A stretch of DNA of 64,000 bases from an uncultured archaeon (GTDB lineage Archaea; Nanobdellota; Nanobdellia; Pacearchaeales; GW2011-AR1). Where the stretch lies: positions 2,652 to 66,651 of the forward strand of contig CAIPOI010000008.1 of NCBI GenBank assembly GCA_903866625.1, read 5' to 3'. Below are positions 8,654 through 17,207 of the stretch, in pieces (position 1 is the first letter of the stretch; each line of letters starts with the position of its first letter). The position numbers were made by a program, and so were the translations under genes. The notes beneath the pieces are model-generated. The model was not told where the DNA came from, searched no databases, and worked only from the letters and a program-made list of their open reading frames with translations.

Positions 8654-9253
8654 ATGTTCTATGTTATTGATGTAGAGGACTATGTAAGAGTAGAGCCAAG
8701 ATTATTTGGATTAGATACAAAAACCGCTGTAGAGGAACAGTTACAGAATACTTATGCCAAATATCACGACGAAGAAATAGGTGAAGTTATTGGTGTCGTT
8801 AGTGTTTCTCAAGTGGGAGAGGGAATTATTATTCCTGGCGATGGTGCTGCTTATTATAATTCAGATTTCAAGCTTTTGGTATGGAAGCCTGAGATGAATG
8901 AATTAGTTTATGGAACTATTGCAGAAATAACTAATTTCGGCGCTTTTATCAATCTCGGAGCAATACAAGGAATGATACATATTAGCCAGACTATGGAAGA
9001 TTTTGTGAGCTTCTCAACTTCTAATGTTCTTACTGGAAAAGCTAGTAAAAGAGTTTTGAAAAAAGGCGATAATTGTTTAGCAAGAATTGTTGCAATTTCT
9101 TATAAAGGTGATTCACCTAAAATTGGTTTAACTATGAGACAACCTGGATTAGGAAAACTTGAATGGATAGAAGAAGAAAAGAAGAAACAAAAATCTGCTG
9201 AAAAGAAGGCTGCTAAAGAAGAAAAATCGGATAAAAAGGAGAAGAAAAAATAA
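8654..9253 (+). CDS. rpoE: DNA-directed RNA polymerase subunit E' (Rpo7), S1 domain, Lys/Glu-rich tail
   Basis: MFYVIDVEDYVRVEPRLFG..., S1 fold segment GTIAEITNFGAFINLGAIQGMIHISQ, gene order rpoE'-spt4-S24e-S27ae. Confidence 0.9.
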   Translation: MFYVIDVEDYVRVEPRLFGLDTKTAVEEQLQNTYAKYHDEEIGEVIGVVSVSQVGEGIIIPGDGAAYYNSDFKLLVWKPEMNELVYGTIAEITNFGAFINLGAIQGMIHISQTMEDFVSFSTSNVLTGKASKRVLKKGDNCLARIVAISYKGDSPKIGLTMRQPGLGKLEWIEEEKKKQKSAEKKAAKEEKSDKKEKKK

Positions 9254-9254
9254 T

Positions 9255-9449
9255 ATGGCAAAGAAAACAAAAGCATGCAAGAAATGCAGATTCATTTTTG
9301 AAGAAGGAGAAAAATGCCCAAAATGTGGAAGTGCTAGCATTACTGAGAACTGGAAAGGTAAAATTGAAATTATAAATGCTGAAAATTCAGAAATTGCTAA
9401 AGAATTAAAATTAAACGATAAAGGTATTTATACTATCAAGGTAGATTAA
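9255..9449 (+). CDS. spt4: Transcription elongation factor Spt4 / RpoE''
   Basis: 64 aa with zinc ribbon CKKCRFIF...CPKCGS followed by W-x-G. Starts 2 nt after rpoE'. Confidence 0.88.
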   Translation: MAKKTKACKKCRFIFEEGEKCPKCGSASITENWKGKIEIINAENSEIAKELKLNDKGIYTIKVD

Positions 9450-9452
9450 AAG

Positions 9453-9731
9453 ATGGAAATTAAAAAAGATACAAAAAATGCTCTGCTTGGAAGAAGAGAG
9501 ATAAAAGCGGTTTTAGAATCTGCTAAAAATCCTAGTTATGCTGAAGCTGCTAAATTAATTGCAGAACAATTTAAGGCTTCTGAAGAAAATATTCTTGTTG
9601 AAGCAGTAAAGGGAAAATTTGGTATGAGCACATTTTTAATTTCTGCAAGTATTTATGATAGTAAAGAATTAATGGAGGCTGCTAAAAAGCGACAGACAAA
9701 GGTTAAAAAAGCTGCTGCGCCTGCTGCTTAA
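9453..9731 (+). CDS. rps24e: 30S ribosomal protein S24e
   Basis: MEIKKDTKNALLGRREIKAVL... is a typical S24e N-terminus. Operon context supports it. Confidence 0.9.
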   Translation: MEIKKDTKNALLGRREIKAVLESAKNPSYAEAAKLIAEQFKASEENILVEAVKGKFGMSTFLISASIYDSKELMEAAKKRQTKVKKAAAPAA

Positions 9732-9756
9732 ATATACAAACAATTCCAAAAATAAT

Positions 9757-10005
9757 ATGGCAAAAAATAAATCAAAACGAAAGAAAATAAATAAGCCTAC
9801 TAGCAAGAAATATAAATTTTTCACAATTTCAGGAGATTCAGTTAAGAGAGCAAGGGCTTGCCCAAGATGTGGTCCCGGAATATTCTTAATGATTGCTAAA
9901 GATAGAGCTTATTGTGGAAAATGCCATTATACTGAATTTGTTGGAAAACCTACTCCCACTGCTGTAAAGGTAGAAACAAAAGAAGTTAAGAAAGCTAAGA
10001 AGTAA
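9757..10005 (+). CDS. rps27ae: 30S ribosomal protein S27ae
   Basis: Zinc ribbon CPRCGPGIFLMIAKDRAYCGKCHYTEF. Operon context supports it. Confidence 0.9.
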   Translation: MAKNKSKRKKINKPTSKKYKFFTISGDSVKRARACPRCGPGIFLMIAKDRAYCGKCHYTEFVGKPTPTAVKVETKEVKKAKK

Positions 10006-10006
10006 T

Positions 10007-10019
10007 CTTTTTTTATTTT
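10007..10019 (+). terminator. Oligo-T tract after the S27ae operon
   Basis: CTTTTTTTTATTTT begins 2 nt after the stop. Archaeal RNA polymerase terminates at oligo-T runs. Confidence 0.4.
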
Positions 10020-10086
10020 CGTTTAAATTTTGATATATATTCTCGGGTTCTATAATATTTAAAAGCAGGTTTTTTGTTATTAAAGT

Positions 10087-11244
10087 ATGAATAGTTCTAA
10101 TAGTCAAAAAGAAGAAAATTCAGTTAGAATTCCAGAGGATCCTAGAGAAAAACGCATAGCTCTTTTGAAGGCCAGAATGCCGAGATTTAATATGTTTATG
10201 AATCCTTCAAAACTTGCAGAAGCATACACTCTTTTTTTAATGCAAGAGTTGGATCAAATGAGGGGACAATTTAAGAGCGAACTTGATGGTTTAGCTCTTC
10301 GTATTGATGCTAACAAATTAGGTTTAAATGAACCCTTACCCTCTGTTGATGGTTTTATTGCAGAGATTGAAAGTATTATTGAAAAGAAAACTAATGAAGC
10401 TGAGCAAAAGGCCTATCTTGCAAAATGGCTTTCAAAATTCGGGCCTGAAAATGTTGATAAATTGTATAATCTGGGGGTTCATGTTTTTGAGTCTTTAGAA
10501 AAAAAAGCTATAGAATCCGCGCGAGCTCAGACAATAAAAGCAGTGTCTATTGTTGGCGTAGCAGGTATTATTTTGGCTGGTGCTACTCTTATTGGAGCAC
10601 ATTACGTGACAAGGTATAATTCAACTACTCAGATTCAGAAGGAGCAGAGATTAGAGTTAGAAGAATATAAAAAAACTCTAAGAGATTATAAAACTCAACT
10701 TGTAACCCAACAGAAAACTATTGAAGATTTGGGTCAAAGCCTAACTAATCATGCAGAATGTGTTGGAAGACTTTTCGGAGAAAACAGGACAGAATTTGCT
10801 AGTGCCTTAGCTCAATCTAAAAAAAATTTAGAAATACTACTAAACTCTAAGCTTGATGGAATTTATTCTAATCTTACTCAAGTTTCTTCAAATATGACTA
10901 ATTATGTTGATGCTATTGCTTCAACTCTAGGAGATAAGATTGATATGAACAGAAATGAAGTCTTAGGATTATTATGTTTAAATGAAGATGAAGCTGAAGA
11001 GAAACTTGGAAACCTTGGGAAAGATTTAAGGGGGGAAATAAGAGAAAACAGAGATGAGGCTTTCTGGGACGTTTATTCTTTAAGGGAAGATTTAGAAGGT
11101 GGAATTAAACGTTTAGATTTATCTTTGGGTTCGATTAGCAATAGACTTGAAAGAAAGAGTTTACTTCCAGTTTATTCTGTTCAATTGCCTGCAAGCGATT
11201 ATACTAATAGAATTAAGTTAAGGCTCCAATCGGGAAATAATTAA
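10087..11244 (+). CDS. Hypothetical membrane-associated coiled-coil protein
   Basis: 385 aa with a central hydrophobic helix AVSIVGVAGIILAGATLIGAHYV flanked by heptad-rich regions. Confidence 0.55.
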   Translation: MNSSNSQKEENSVRIPEDPREKRIALLKARMPRFNMFMNPSKLAEAYTLFLMQELDQMRGQFKSELDGLALRIDANKLGLNEPLPSVDGFIAEIESIIEKKTNEAEQKAYLAKWLSKFGPENVDKLYNLGVHVFESLEKKAIESARAQTIKAVSIVGVAGIILAGATLIGAHYVTRYNSTTQIQKEQRLELEEYKKTLRDYKTQLVTQQKTIEDLGQSLTNHAECVGRLFGENRTEFASALAQSKKNLEILLNSKLDGIYSNLTQVSSNMTNYVDAIASTLGDKIDMNRNEVLGLLCLNEDEAEEKLGNLGKDLRGEIRENRDEAFWDVYSLREDLEGGIKRLDLSLGSISNRLERKSLLPVYSVQLPASDYTNRIKLRLQSGNN

Positions 11245-11459
11245 TAATTATAAACCCATAGAGAGGCGCCAAGACATTCAAAATAGTACATCTTTTTGCC
11301 TCTCTAGGGAAAAAGAGGTGATAATATCTATACTCTTCTTAGCTATTTAAAGCTTTTGGTTGTGTTGTAATTAGATAGTGACAATAACGTCTTGTTTGTC
11401 TCGAATATATTGATTTTCTTTGGTTATATCTTTATAAATTTGATTTAACTAAACTTTTT

Positions 11460-12494
11460 ATGGAAGAAGGGGAAAAAAAAGGAATTACTTCAGAAGAAAT
11501 TTCAACAAGCGAAAGAGCAATATATGCTGAACATCCTCAACAGGTGCAGGTTTATGGCATAATTGAAAAAGAAGATCCAAGTTGGCAGACTATTATTTAT
11601 GATTTGATTAACTCTGAACAGCTAGATCCTTGGAATATAGACATAACTCTTTTGTGTAGGGGTTATCTTGCGAGATTAAGAGAACTACAAGAAAATAATT
11701 TTGTTGTTTCAAGTAAAGCTCTACTTGCGGCTTCACTTTTGCTTAGAATAAAATCTGATTTATTGATTAATAAGTATATTCCTGAAATAGATAATGTTTT
11801 ATTTAATAAACAGGAAAAAATTGAAAAAATAATTGAAAAGATTGAGTTAAATGAAGATGAAATTCCTTATCTTTCTCCAAAGACTCCTCTACCTAGATTT
11901 AAGAAAGTAACACTTCAAGAGTTGATGTCTGCGCTTGATGTAGCGATCAAAACAGAAGGGAGAAGAATTGAAAAGGAGATACAAAAAAAGCAGGCCGAAA
12001 GATTAAGTTATGTTGATATTCCTAAATTTAAAAAAATAAATATTAAAGATAGAATCAGACATCTATATGCTAAGATTCTTACGGCATTTAAGAATAAGAA
12101 ATCTGAATTAAAGTTACCCTATAGTTATTTTACTGGTTCTAATAAAGAAGAACGGATATCTTGCTTTTTACCTATGTTGCATTTAAGTAACAATAATAAA
12201 TTATGGTTAGAGCAGGAAAAACATTTTAGTGAAATATTTATATATCTATTTGAAAAGTTTAAGACTGCTTTTCCAGACCATGATAATGCTTTAGTTGAAA
12301 GCGAAATTAGTGAATTAAGTGAAGAAGATTTGAAAAAAATGGAATCTATGAAAGATGAATTCTTAGAAGAGATAAATCAGATGAAAGAAGAGATTGAAAA
12401 TGAAAAAGATAAACGAGTAGAAGAGATAAATAAAGATTTTGAAAATCCTGTTGGAGATTTGATTGAAGAGTCAGAAGAAACCAAAGAGGATTAA
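11460..12494 (+). CDS. scpA: Segregation and condensation protein A (kleisin)
   Basis: LINSEQLDPWNIDITLLCRGYLARLRE is the ScpA N-terminal signature. Acidic C-terminus. TTTATAAA box at 11431-11438, 29 nt upstream. Confidence 0.8.
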   Translation: MEEGEKKGITSEEISTSERAIYAEHPQQVQVYGIIEKEDPSWQTIIYDLINSEQLDPWNIDITLLCRGYLARLRELQENNFVVSSKALLAASLLLRIKSDLLINKYIPEIDNVLFNKQEKIEKIIEKIELNEDEIPYLSPKTPLPRFKKVTLQELMSALDVAIKTEGRRIEKEIQKKQAERLSYVDIPKFKKINIKDRIRHLYAKILTAFKNKKSELKLPYSYFTGSNKEERISCFLPMLHLSNNNKLWLEQEKHFSEIFIYLFEKFKTAFPDHDNALVESEISELSEEDLKKMESMKDEFLEEINQMKEEIENEKDKRVEEINKDFENPVGDLIEESEETKED

Positions 12495-12524
12495 ATTTAT
12501 TAATTTGGATTAATTAGGTTTATC

Positions 12525-12716
12525 ATGGGAAATCTGTCTAAGTTAGCCCTTATAGTTTTAGGGGCTGTAATTCTAGTTAGTCCTTATTCTTATCATAAAG
12601 AAACTCCTAAGCCAACAGAAGTTCCTAACTATGATGTTATAACTAATAATTGCAGAGTTGCAAGTAATAGTAAAATTAATTCTGTTCAGAGAATTGGTTA
12701 TGATTTTGCAAGATAG
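12525..12716 (+). CDS. Small hypothetical membrane/secreted protein
   Basis: 63 aa with N-terminal hydrophobic helix LSKLALIVLGAVILV. Confidence 0.35.
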   Translation: MGNLSKLALIVLGAVILVSPYSYHKETPKPTEVPNYDVITNNCRVASNSKINSVQRIGYDFAR

Positions 12717-12758
12717 TCGGTTCATAAGCTATTTAAGGTTTAGGTTATTATTTTTTCC

Positions 12759-13403
12759 ATGGATAATATAAATAATAAAAGAATAAGATATTACTCGGTT
12801 TGGTTAAGTTTAGTTTGCGTTTTAGTTTTTATTATTCAGAATATTATTCCAGGATTTACTGAAACTTTTTATCTTACTCAAGATGCTTTAACTCGGCCTT
12901 GGCAGTTCTTAACTGCGATTTTTTTGCATGGAAGCGTTGCTCATCTACTTTATAATATTTTTGCACTCATTTTATTTGGTATAATGCTTGAAACTATTAT
13001 TTGGAGCAAGAAGTTTCTTGGTTTATTTTTAATTTCAGGTATTCTTGCAAATATAGCTTCATTTCATTTTTATTCTGCTTCACTGGGAGCTTCTGGTGCT
13101 ATAATGGCTATACTTGGTTGTCTAGCAGTTTTAAGACCTTTGATGACTGTTTGGGCTTTTAATTTACCTATGCCTATGTTTATTGCTGCATTATTATGGG
13201 TTGGCGGTTCTGTTCTTGGAATTTTTGGATTTGGAGATCAATCAACAGGACATCTTGCTCATCTTTCGGGTATTGTTCTTGGAGTTTGTTATGGTTTTTA
13301 TTTGAGGTTTAGATATCGTAACAAAAATCAAGCTGGTTTTACTCAAAAGATAGTTTTAGATGAAAATTCTATGAGAAAGTGGGAAGAGGGGTATTTGAGA
13401 TAA
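12759..13403 (+). CDS. Rhomboid-family intramembrane serine protease
   Basis: Multi-TM protein with FLHGSVAHLLYN (H-x4-H-x3-N) and catalytic GASGAIMAILG (GxSG), plus a downstream His (GHLAHLSG). Confidence 0.88.
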   Translation: MDNINNKRIRYYSVWLSLVCVLVFIIQNIIPGFTETFYLTQDALTRPWQFLTAIFLHGSVAHLLYNIFALILFGIMLETIIWSKKFLGLFLISGILANIASFHFYSASLGASGAIMAILGCLAVLRPLMTVWAFNLPMPMFIAALLWVGGSVLGIFGFGDQSTGHLAHLSGIVLGVCYGFYLRFRYRNKNQAGFTQKIVLDENSMRKWEEGYLR

Positions 13404-13576
13404 ATTTTTAATTTAGTGCCGCATTATAGATTTTTTATTAGGTCTTATCTTAATTCGACTGTGGCTTAATCTTTAGGGAGTTCTTCTTATCTTTAGCGGT
13501 AAGATTTGTCTTCTAATTTAATTTTGGTTTATTAATGAAGCGTAGCGTCTCTTAGAATATTACGAGCGAGCAAGCA

Positions 13577-14752
13577 TTATCTCTTCGCAAAACTTTGACT
13601 TACTAAAAGAGGAAATAATATTGTAGCATCACCGAAAACCTTGATTGATTGAGCATTTGGTAAAATTTTTCCCCAGCTAACTGCTTCTTCTGGAAGCGCT
13701 CCGGCGTCAGACCCATCAAACTCTTGAGCATTATTTATGTAGACTGCATAGTCCAAACCATTTCTAAGCATATTTGCATTTAGAATAGCATGTTTGATTA
13801 TTCCAGAACCAAGAATAATTGCTCCTGATTTTTTTAAGCCTATAGTTGTATTGTTAAACCAAACAACATCATCCGTTATATCTATTTTAAAATCTTCATG
13901 TTTAAATTTAAAGAAGTAAACATTATCTCCTAGTGCTCCATCTAATATTGCGGGGCAGTATATAGGAATCTTATTTTTCCAGGCCCAGTAATAAATGCTT
14001 TCTTTATTGTTTATTTTTTCTCCAAGTTTCCAGATAATATCTAGGGGAGTTATTATTTTTCCAGTAGATTTTTGTTTTTGATAGAGTTCTTCGAGTATGG
14101 GTTGAAAAAATTCTTCGAATTCCACATATCTTTGGTTTGGAGCAAAAATATTTCCTATGCGATTAATTCCTTTTTTTCTTAGTTCGCTTCCTGATGCTCT
14201 AAAATCTCCGAGTTTAAAATCTCCTAGGCATTTTATTATATCTTCTTCTATTCCGCCTGTTGTTGTAATAAGAACATTTACTTTTTTATTTTGAACTAAA
14301 TATCTTATTATGTCTCTTAATCCTGAACTGACCATATTAGAAGTATAGCCTAGGAAAATAAAAGACTCGTCTTTTATCATATTGTTAGCTATCTCTATGG
14401 CTTTAGAAAAATGACTTGCTTGAAAGCCTGTTGTTGCATAGTCTTTTATTAGTTCTTCATAGTTAATTCCTTTATCAAAATTATAACCCTTAATAGTTTT
14501 TCCACTTGCTTCTTGGCTTTTTCTTAGAAGATTTTTTTTAGCTATTTTTTCTGTTTCTTTGCTTGCATGAGTCTTTTCTTGCTTTTGGGGTTTTAGATAT
14601 AGGTCTGCTCTTTCTTCTCTTAATTTTAGTTCTTCTGCTGAAAGATTATCTCCTAGATAGATTCGCTTCTTTTGAAAGTTCTCGCCGGTTCTTACTGAGA
14701 GGACTCGGTAGTAATATTTTTTCTTATTCTTTTCCTTTATTTCAGTGTACAT
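13577..14752 (-). CDS. dys: Deoxyhypusine synthase with ~85-aa N-terminal extension
   Basis: The DHS core is clear: GYTSNMVSSGLRDIIRYLVQNKKVNVLITTTGGIEEDIIKC, AWKNKIPIYCPAILDGALGD, GSGIIKHAILNAN, DGSDAGALPEEAVSWGK. There is no internal Met between the annotated start and residue ~125, so the extension (MYTEIKEKNKKKYYYRVLSVRTGENFQKKRIYLG...) appears to be translated. Confidence 0.88.
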   Translation of the reverse strand: MYTEIKEKNKKKYYYRVLSVRTGENFQKKRIYLGDNLSAEELKLREERADLYLKPQKQEKTHASKETEKIAKKNLLRKSQEASGKTIKGYNFDKGINYEELIKDYATTGFQASHFSKAIEIANNMIKDESFIFLGYTSNMVSSGLRDIIRYLVQNKKVNVLITTTGGIEEDIIKCLGDFKLGDFRASGSELRKKGINRIGNIFAPNQRYVEFEEFFQPILEELYQKQKSTGKIITPLDIIWKLGEKINNKESIYYWAWKNKIPIYCPAILDGALGDNVYFFKFKHEDFKIDITDDVVWFNNTTIGLKKSGAIILGSGIIKHAILNANMLRNGLDYAVYINNAQEFDGSDAGALPEEAVSWGKILPNAQSIKVFGDATILFPLLVSQSFAKR

Positions 14753-14845
14753 ATATATTGTACGTCCACATAGGTTTTAAAGCTTTTGGTTTGTGGACGT
14801 AACTGTTTTGAGAAGGTTTATTAATACCTTCTTCTTTTTAGTTTT

Positions 14846-15154
14846 ATGATAGAGTTCATAAAAGAGTTTAGAGATTTTCTTAAAGAGTATAAAGTTGTAG
14901 GACTTGCTGTTGGTATAATTATGGGTTTGGCTGCCACTGCTCTTGTTAATGCGCTTGTTAATGATATTATTATGCCTATTGTAACTCCTTTTATTAGCGG
15001 TGGAGCATGGGCTACAGCTACGCTTACTCTTGGGAAGGTTGTGATAAGTTGGGGTCATTTTCTTGGGGCTCTGATTAATTTTGTTATCTTGGCTTTAGTC
15101 GTATTCTTGATTGCTAAATTTATAATTAAAGAAGAAAAGGTTGGGAAGAAATAA
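14846..15154 (+). CDS. mscL: Large-conductance mechanosensitive channel (short form)
   Basis: EFRDFLKEYKVVGLAVGIIMGLAATALVNALVNDIIMPIV is the MscL TM1 signature. A second TM follows, with a KEE tail. Confidence 0.85.
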   Translation: MIEFIKEFRDFLKEYKVVGLAVGIIMGLAATALVNALVNDIIMPIVTPFISGGAWATATLTLGKVVISWGHFLGALINFVILALVVFLIAKFIIKEEKVGKK

Positions 15155-15167
15155 TTTTAACTAAAAC

Positions 15168-15311
15168 ATGGCGAAAACAATAGATATAACTGCAATTGTT
15201 TCAATAATTGTGGGTATAATTATCTTAGCTGCTCCGCAGATACTTGGCTGGGCGGTTGGATTATATCTGATTATTATTGGGATATTAAGTTTGATTGATA
15301 GAAAGAAATAA
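15168..15311 (+). CDS. Small two-helix membrane protein (DUF3096-like), not in ORF track
   Basis: My translation: MAKTIDITAIVSIIVGIIILAAPQILGWAVGLYLIIIGILSLIDRKK (47 aa). The pattern resembles the DUF3096 family. It is below the track length cutoff. Confidence 0.45.
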   Translation: MAKTIDITAIVSIIVGIIILAAPQILGWAVGLYLIIIGILSLIDRKK

Positions 15312-15323
15312 TTATCTTATTTT

Positions 15324-16484
15324 TTATTTTTTTATACTATCATCGGCTTTCTCATAAATCTTTTTAATCTTATTCTTAAACTCTAGGAATTTTCCTGCTT
15401 TTATTGCTTTTCTTGCTTGTTCCATTAAACGCATTAAATAATATAAATTGTGGAAAGTAGCTAATCTGTATCCAACTGCTTCTTCTTGGGTTAGTTGATA
15501 TTTTATGTAGGCGCGAGTATAATTCTTACAAACAAAACAATCACAATTCTTATCTAATGGTCTTGTGTCCTTTGAATACTCTTTTCTAAATATTCTTAGT
15601 TTTCCTTCACTCGTTAAAATAGTTCCATGTCTTGCATTCTGAGTTGGAAATCTTGAATCAAACATATCAACTCCTCTGCTTATTGCTTCTAAAAGTTCTA
15701 CAGGATTTCCAGCACCCATAAGATAACATGGCTTGTTTTCTGGAATAATTGCTTTTTGAATTTCCACCATAGACATTTCTTGTTCTATTGTTTCTCCTAA
15801 TGCTAAACCTCCAATAGAATAACCATCAAAATCAATTTTTGAAAGCTGTTCTGCAGATTTTTTCCTTAAATCTTTGTGAATACCCCCTTGCATTATGCCC
15901 CAGAGCAACTGCTTCTGATTAGACTTTAATTTTTCTTGAAGTTTATCATGGTGTTGCTTGCATCTTTTTGCCCAGTTTGTTGTTCTATTTACTGCTAAAT
16001 CAATATCTTTTTTAGAGTGATGAAGTAAGGGCATAGTATCTAAACACATAGCAATATCACTTCCTAAATCAATTTGAATTTGCATATCTTTTTCAGGTGT
16101 TATAAAAATAGTTTTCTTTTCAAAAGGGTCTTTAAAGTGAACTCCTTTTTCGTCGCTTTTAATATACAGGCTAGGAGAATACATCTGGAATCCCCCAGAA
16201 TCTGTAACATTTATTCCTTTAAAATTCATGAACTTACTTATTCCTCCAAGTTCTTTTATTAATTGCTCGCCGGGTCTAAGATGAAGAATAAAAGTATTAC
16301 TTATTACTGCTTTACAATTCATTTCTTCTAAATCTAAACTAGAGATATGTTTTACAGCAGTTTTTGTAGCTACGGGCATAAAAAAAGGTGTTTCTATTTT
16401 CTTGTTTCTTACTTTGAGAATTCCTACTCTGGCTTTTGTTTTTTTATCTTTTGCCAGAATTTTGAAACAAGAACTTTTTTTCAT
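15324..16484 (-). CDS. tgtA: tRNA-guanine(15) transglycosylase (archaeosine TGT), catalytic domain only
   Basis: TPFFMPVATK, VTDSGGFQ, GYSIGGLALGE, LMGAGNP, Zn site CDCFVCKNYTRAYIKY...FHN. At 386 aa it has no C-terminal C1/C2/PUA region. Confidence 0.88.
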   Translation of the reverse strand: MKKSSCFKILAKDKKTKARVGILKVRNKKIETPFFMPVATKTAVKHISSLDLEEMNCKAVISNTFILHLRPGEQLIKELGGISKFMNFKGINVTDSGGFQMYSPSLYIKSDEKGVHFKDPFEKKTIFITPEKDMQIQIDLGSDIAMCLDTMPLLHHSKKDIDLAVNRTTNWAKRCKQHHDKLQEKLKSNQKQLLWGIMQGGIHKDLRKKSAEQLSKIDFDGYSIGGLALGETIEQEMSMVEIQKAIIPENKPCYLMGAGNPVELLEAISRGVDMFDSRFPTQNARHGTILTSEGKLRIFRKEYSKDTRPLDKNCDCFVCKNYTRAYIKYQLTQEEAVGYRLATFHNLYYLMRLMEQARKAIKAGKFLEFKNKIKKIYEKADDSIKK

Positions 16485-16489
16485 TTGAT

Positions 16490-16789
16490 TTATTTAAATT
16501 CCTCTAAAATTTTATATGATTTTATATAGTGTGTATCTAAAAATGGTTCAGCTACATTACAAAAGAATCTTTCTTTTCCTAAAGAGTATCTTGAGATATA
16601 AAGTGCAGTTCTATCTTTATTGGTTCCAAAGACAAATCCTGCTTGTTCTTCTATCCCTGTTAGTGGATAAGCGATTATGAGTTTTGCAAGATGTTTTGCT
16701 GGAAATGTTTTTGAAGAAGATCTTAGCTCATTTTCATCTATGGTGGGTAAAGATTCTAAAATTTTTTTAAGGGTTGGCGATTTTTGCAT
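16490..16789 (-). CDS. Hypothetical protein
   Basis: 99-aa ORF lying 5 nt upstream of tgtA. No motif recognised. Confidence 0.45.
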   Translation of the reverse strand: MQKSPTLKKILESLPTIDENELRSSSKTFPAKHLAKLIIAYPLTGIEEQAGFVFGTNKDRTALYISRYSLGKERFFCNVAEPFLDTHYIKSYKILEEFK

Positions 16790-16879
16790 AAATAGATTAT
16801 TCTCCTGTCGGTTTTCAAAAATTCTCTGATAATTTTTGTGCCGTCAGTAGCTTAATGTTTTCTTTGTCAACATTATTTA

Positions 16880-16952
16880 TGCTCCTGCCGGGATTCGAAC
16901 CCGGGTCACAGCCTTGAAAGGGCCGTATACTTGGCCTCTGTACTACAGGAGC
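16880..16952 (-). tRNA. tRNA-Glu (anticodon TTC)
   Basis: Reverse complement is GCTCCTGTAGTACAGAGGCCAAGTATACGGCCCTTTCAAGGCTGTGACCCGGGTTCGAATCCCGGCAGGAGCA. The cloverleaf folds cleanly, with anticodon loop CTTTCAA. Confidence 0.88.
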
Positions 16953-17034
16953 TTATTGTTGATTATGAGAGTTTTTTTTGGCTTTTAAAGATTACTATTT
17001 GCTCTTGCCCTTTGTAAAAATAGCAAAACCAACA

Positions 17035-17044
17035 TTTAAAAATA
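17035..17044 (+). promoter_or_regulatory. TATA-like box for tRNA-Ile
   Basis: TTTAAAAATA ends 26 nt upstream of the tRNA 5' end at 17070. Confidence 0.5.
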
Positions 17045-17069
17045 TCTTATTCTCTGTTTTAGTATAGAT

Positions 17070-17207
17070 GAGCCCATAGCTCAGCCCGGTTAGAGCACCG
17101 CTCTTATAGGTATAGATTCCGTTAGGAATTTACTTTCGTGCTCCCAGTTTTAGGATTGGGGCGGCTAAGAAAGGCGGGGGTCCGAAGTTCAAATCTTCGT
17201 GGGCTCA
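17070..17207 (+). tRNA. tRNA-Ile (anticodon TAT) interrupted by a 63-nt intron at the canonical 37/38 position
   Basis: Acceptor GAGCCCA/TGGGCTC, D arm GCTC-AGCCCGGTTA-GAGC, anticodon stem CCGCT/GGCGG, loop C-T-TAT-A | intron | A, T arm CGAAG-TTCAAAT-CTTCG, discriminator A. The anticodon is at 17105-17107. Confidence 0.8.
17109..17171 (+). other. tRNA intron with bulge-helix-bulge splice motif
   Basis: Exon CTTA (17103-17106) pairs with intron TAAG (17166-17169) to form a 4-bp helix. It is flanked by the 3-nt bulges TA|G (17107-17109) and AA|A (17170-17172). Both predicted cuts fall after the second bulge nucleotide, as in archaeal BHB substrates. Confidence 0.7.

Noticed and set aside
9149-9340. 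Minus-strand 63-aa ORF spanning the rpoE'/spt4 junction
   Set aside because: It is antisense to two well-supported genes and has an F/L-rich shadow composition.
11261-11305. Inverted repeat GAGAGGC...GCCTCTC after the 10087 gene as a terminator or sRNA
   Set aside because: The 7-bp stem encloses a ~31-nt loop, which is a weak structure. With nothing else to support it I did not list it as a feature.
14563-15058. ORFs 14563-14802 (+) and 14777-15058 (-)
   Set aside because: The first is antisense to the deoxyhypusine synthase 5' region and the second is antisense to mscL. Both real genes have strong motif support.
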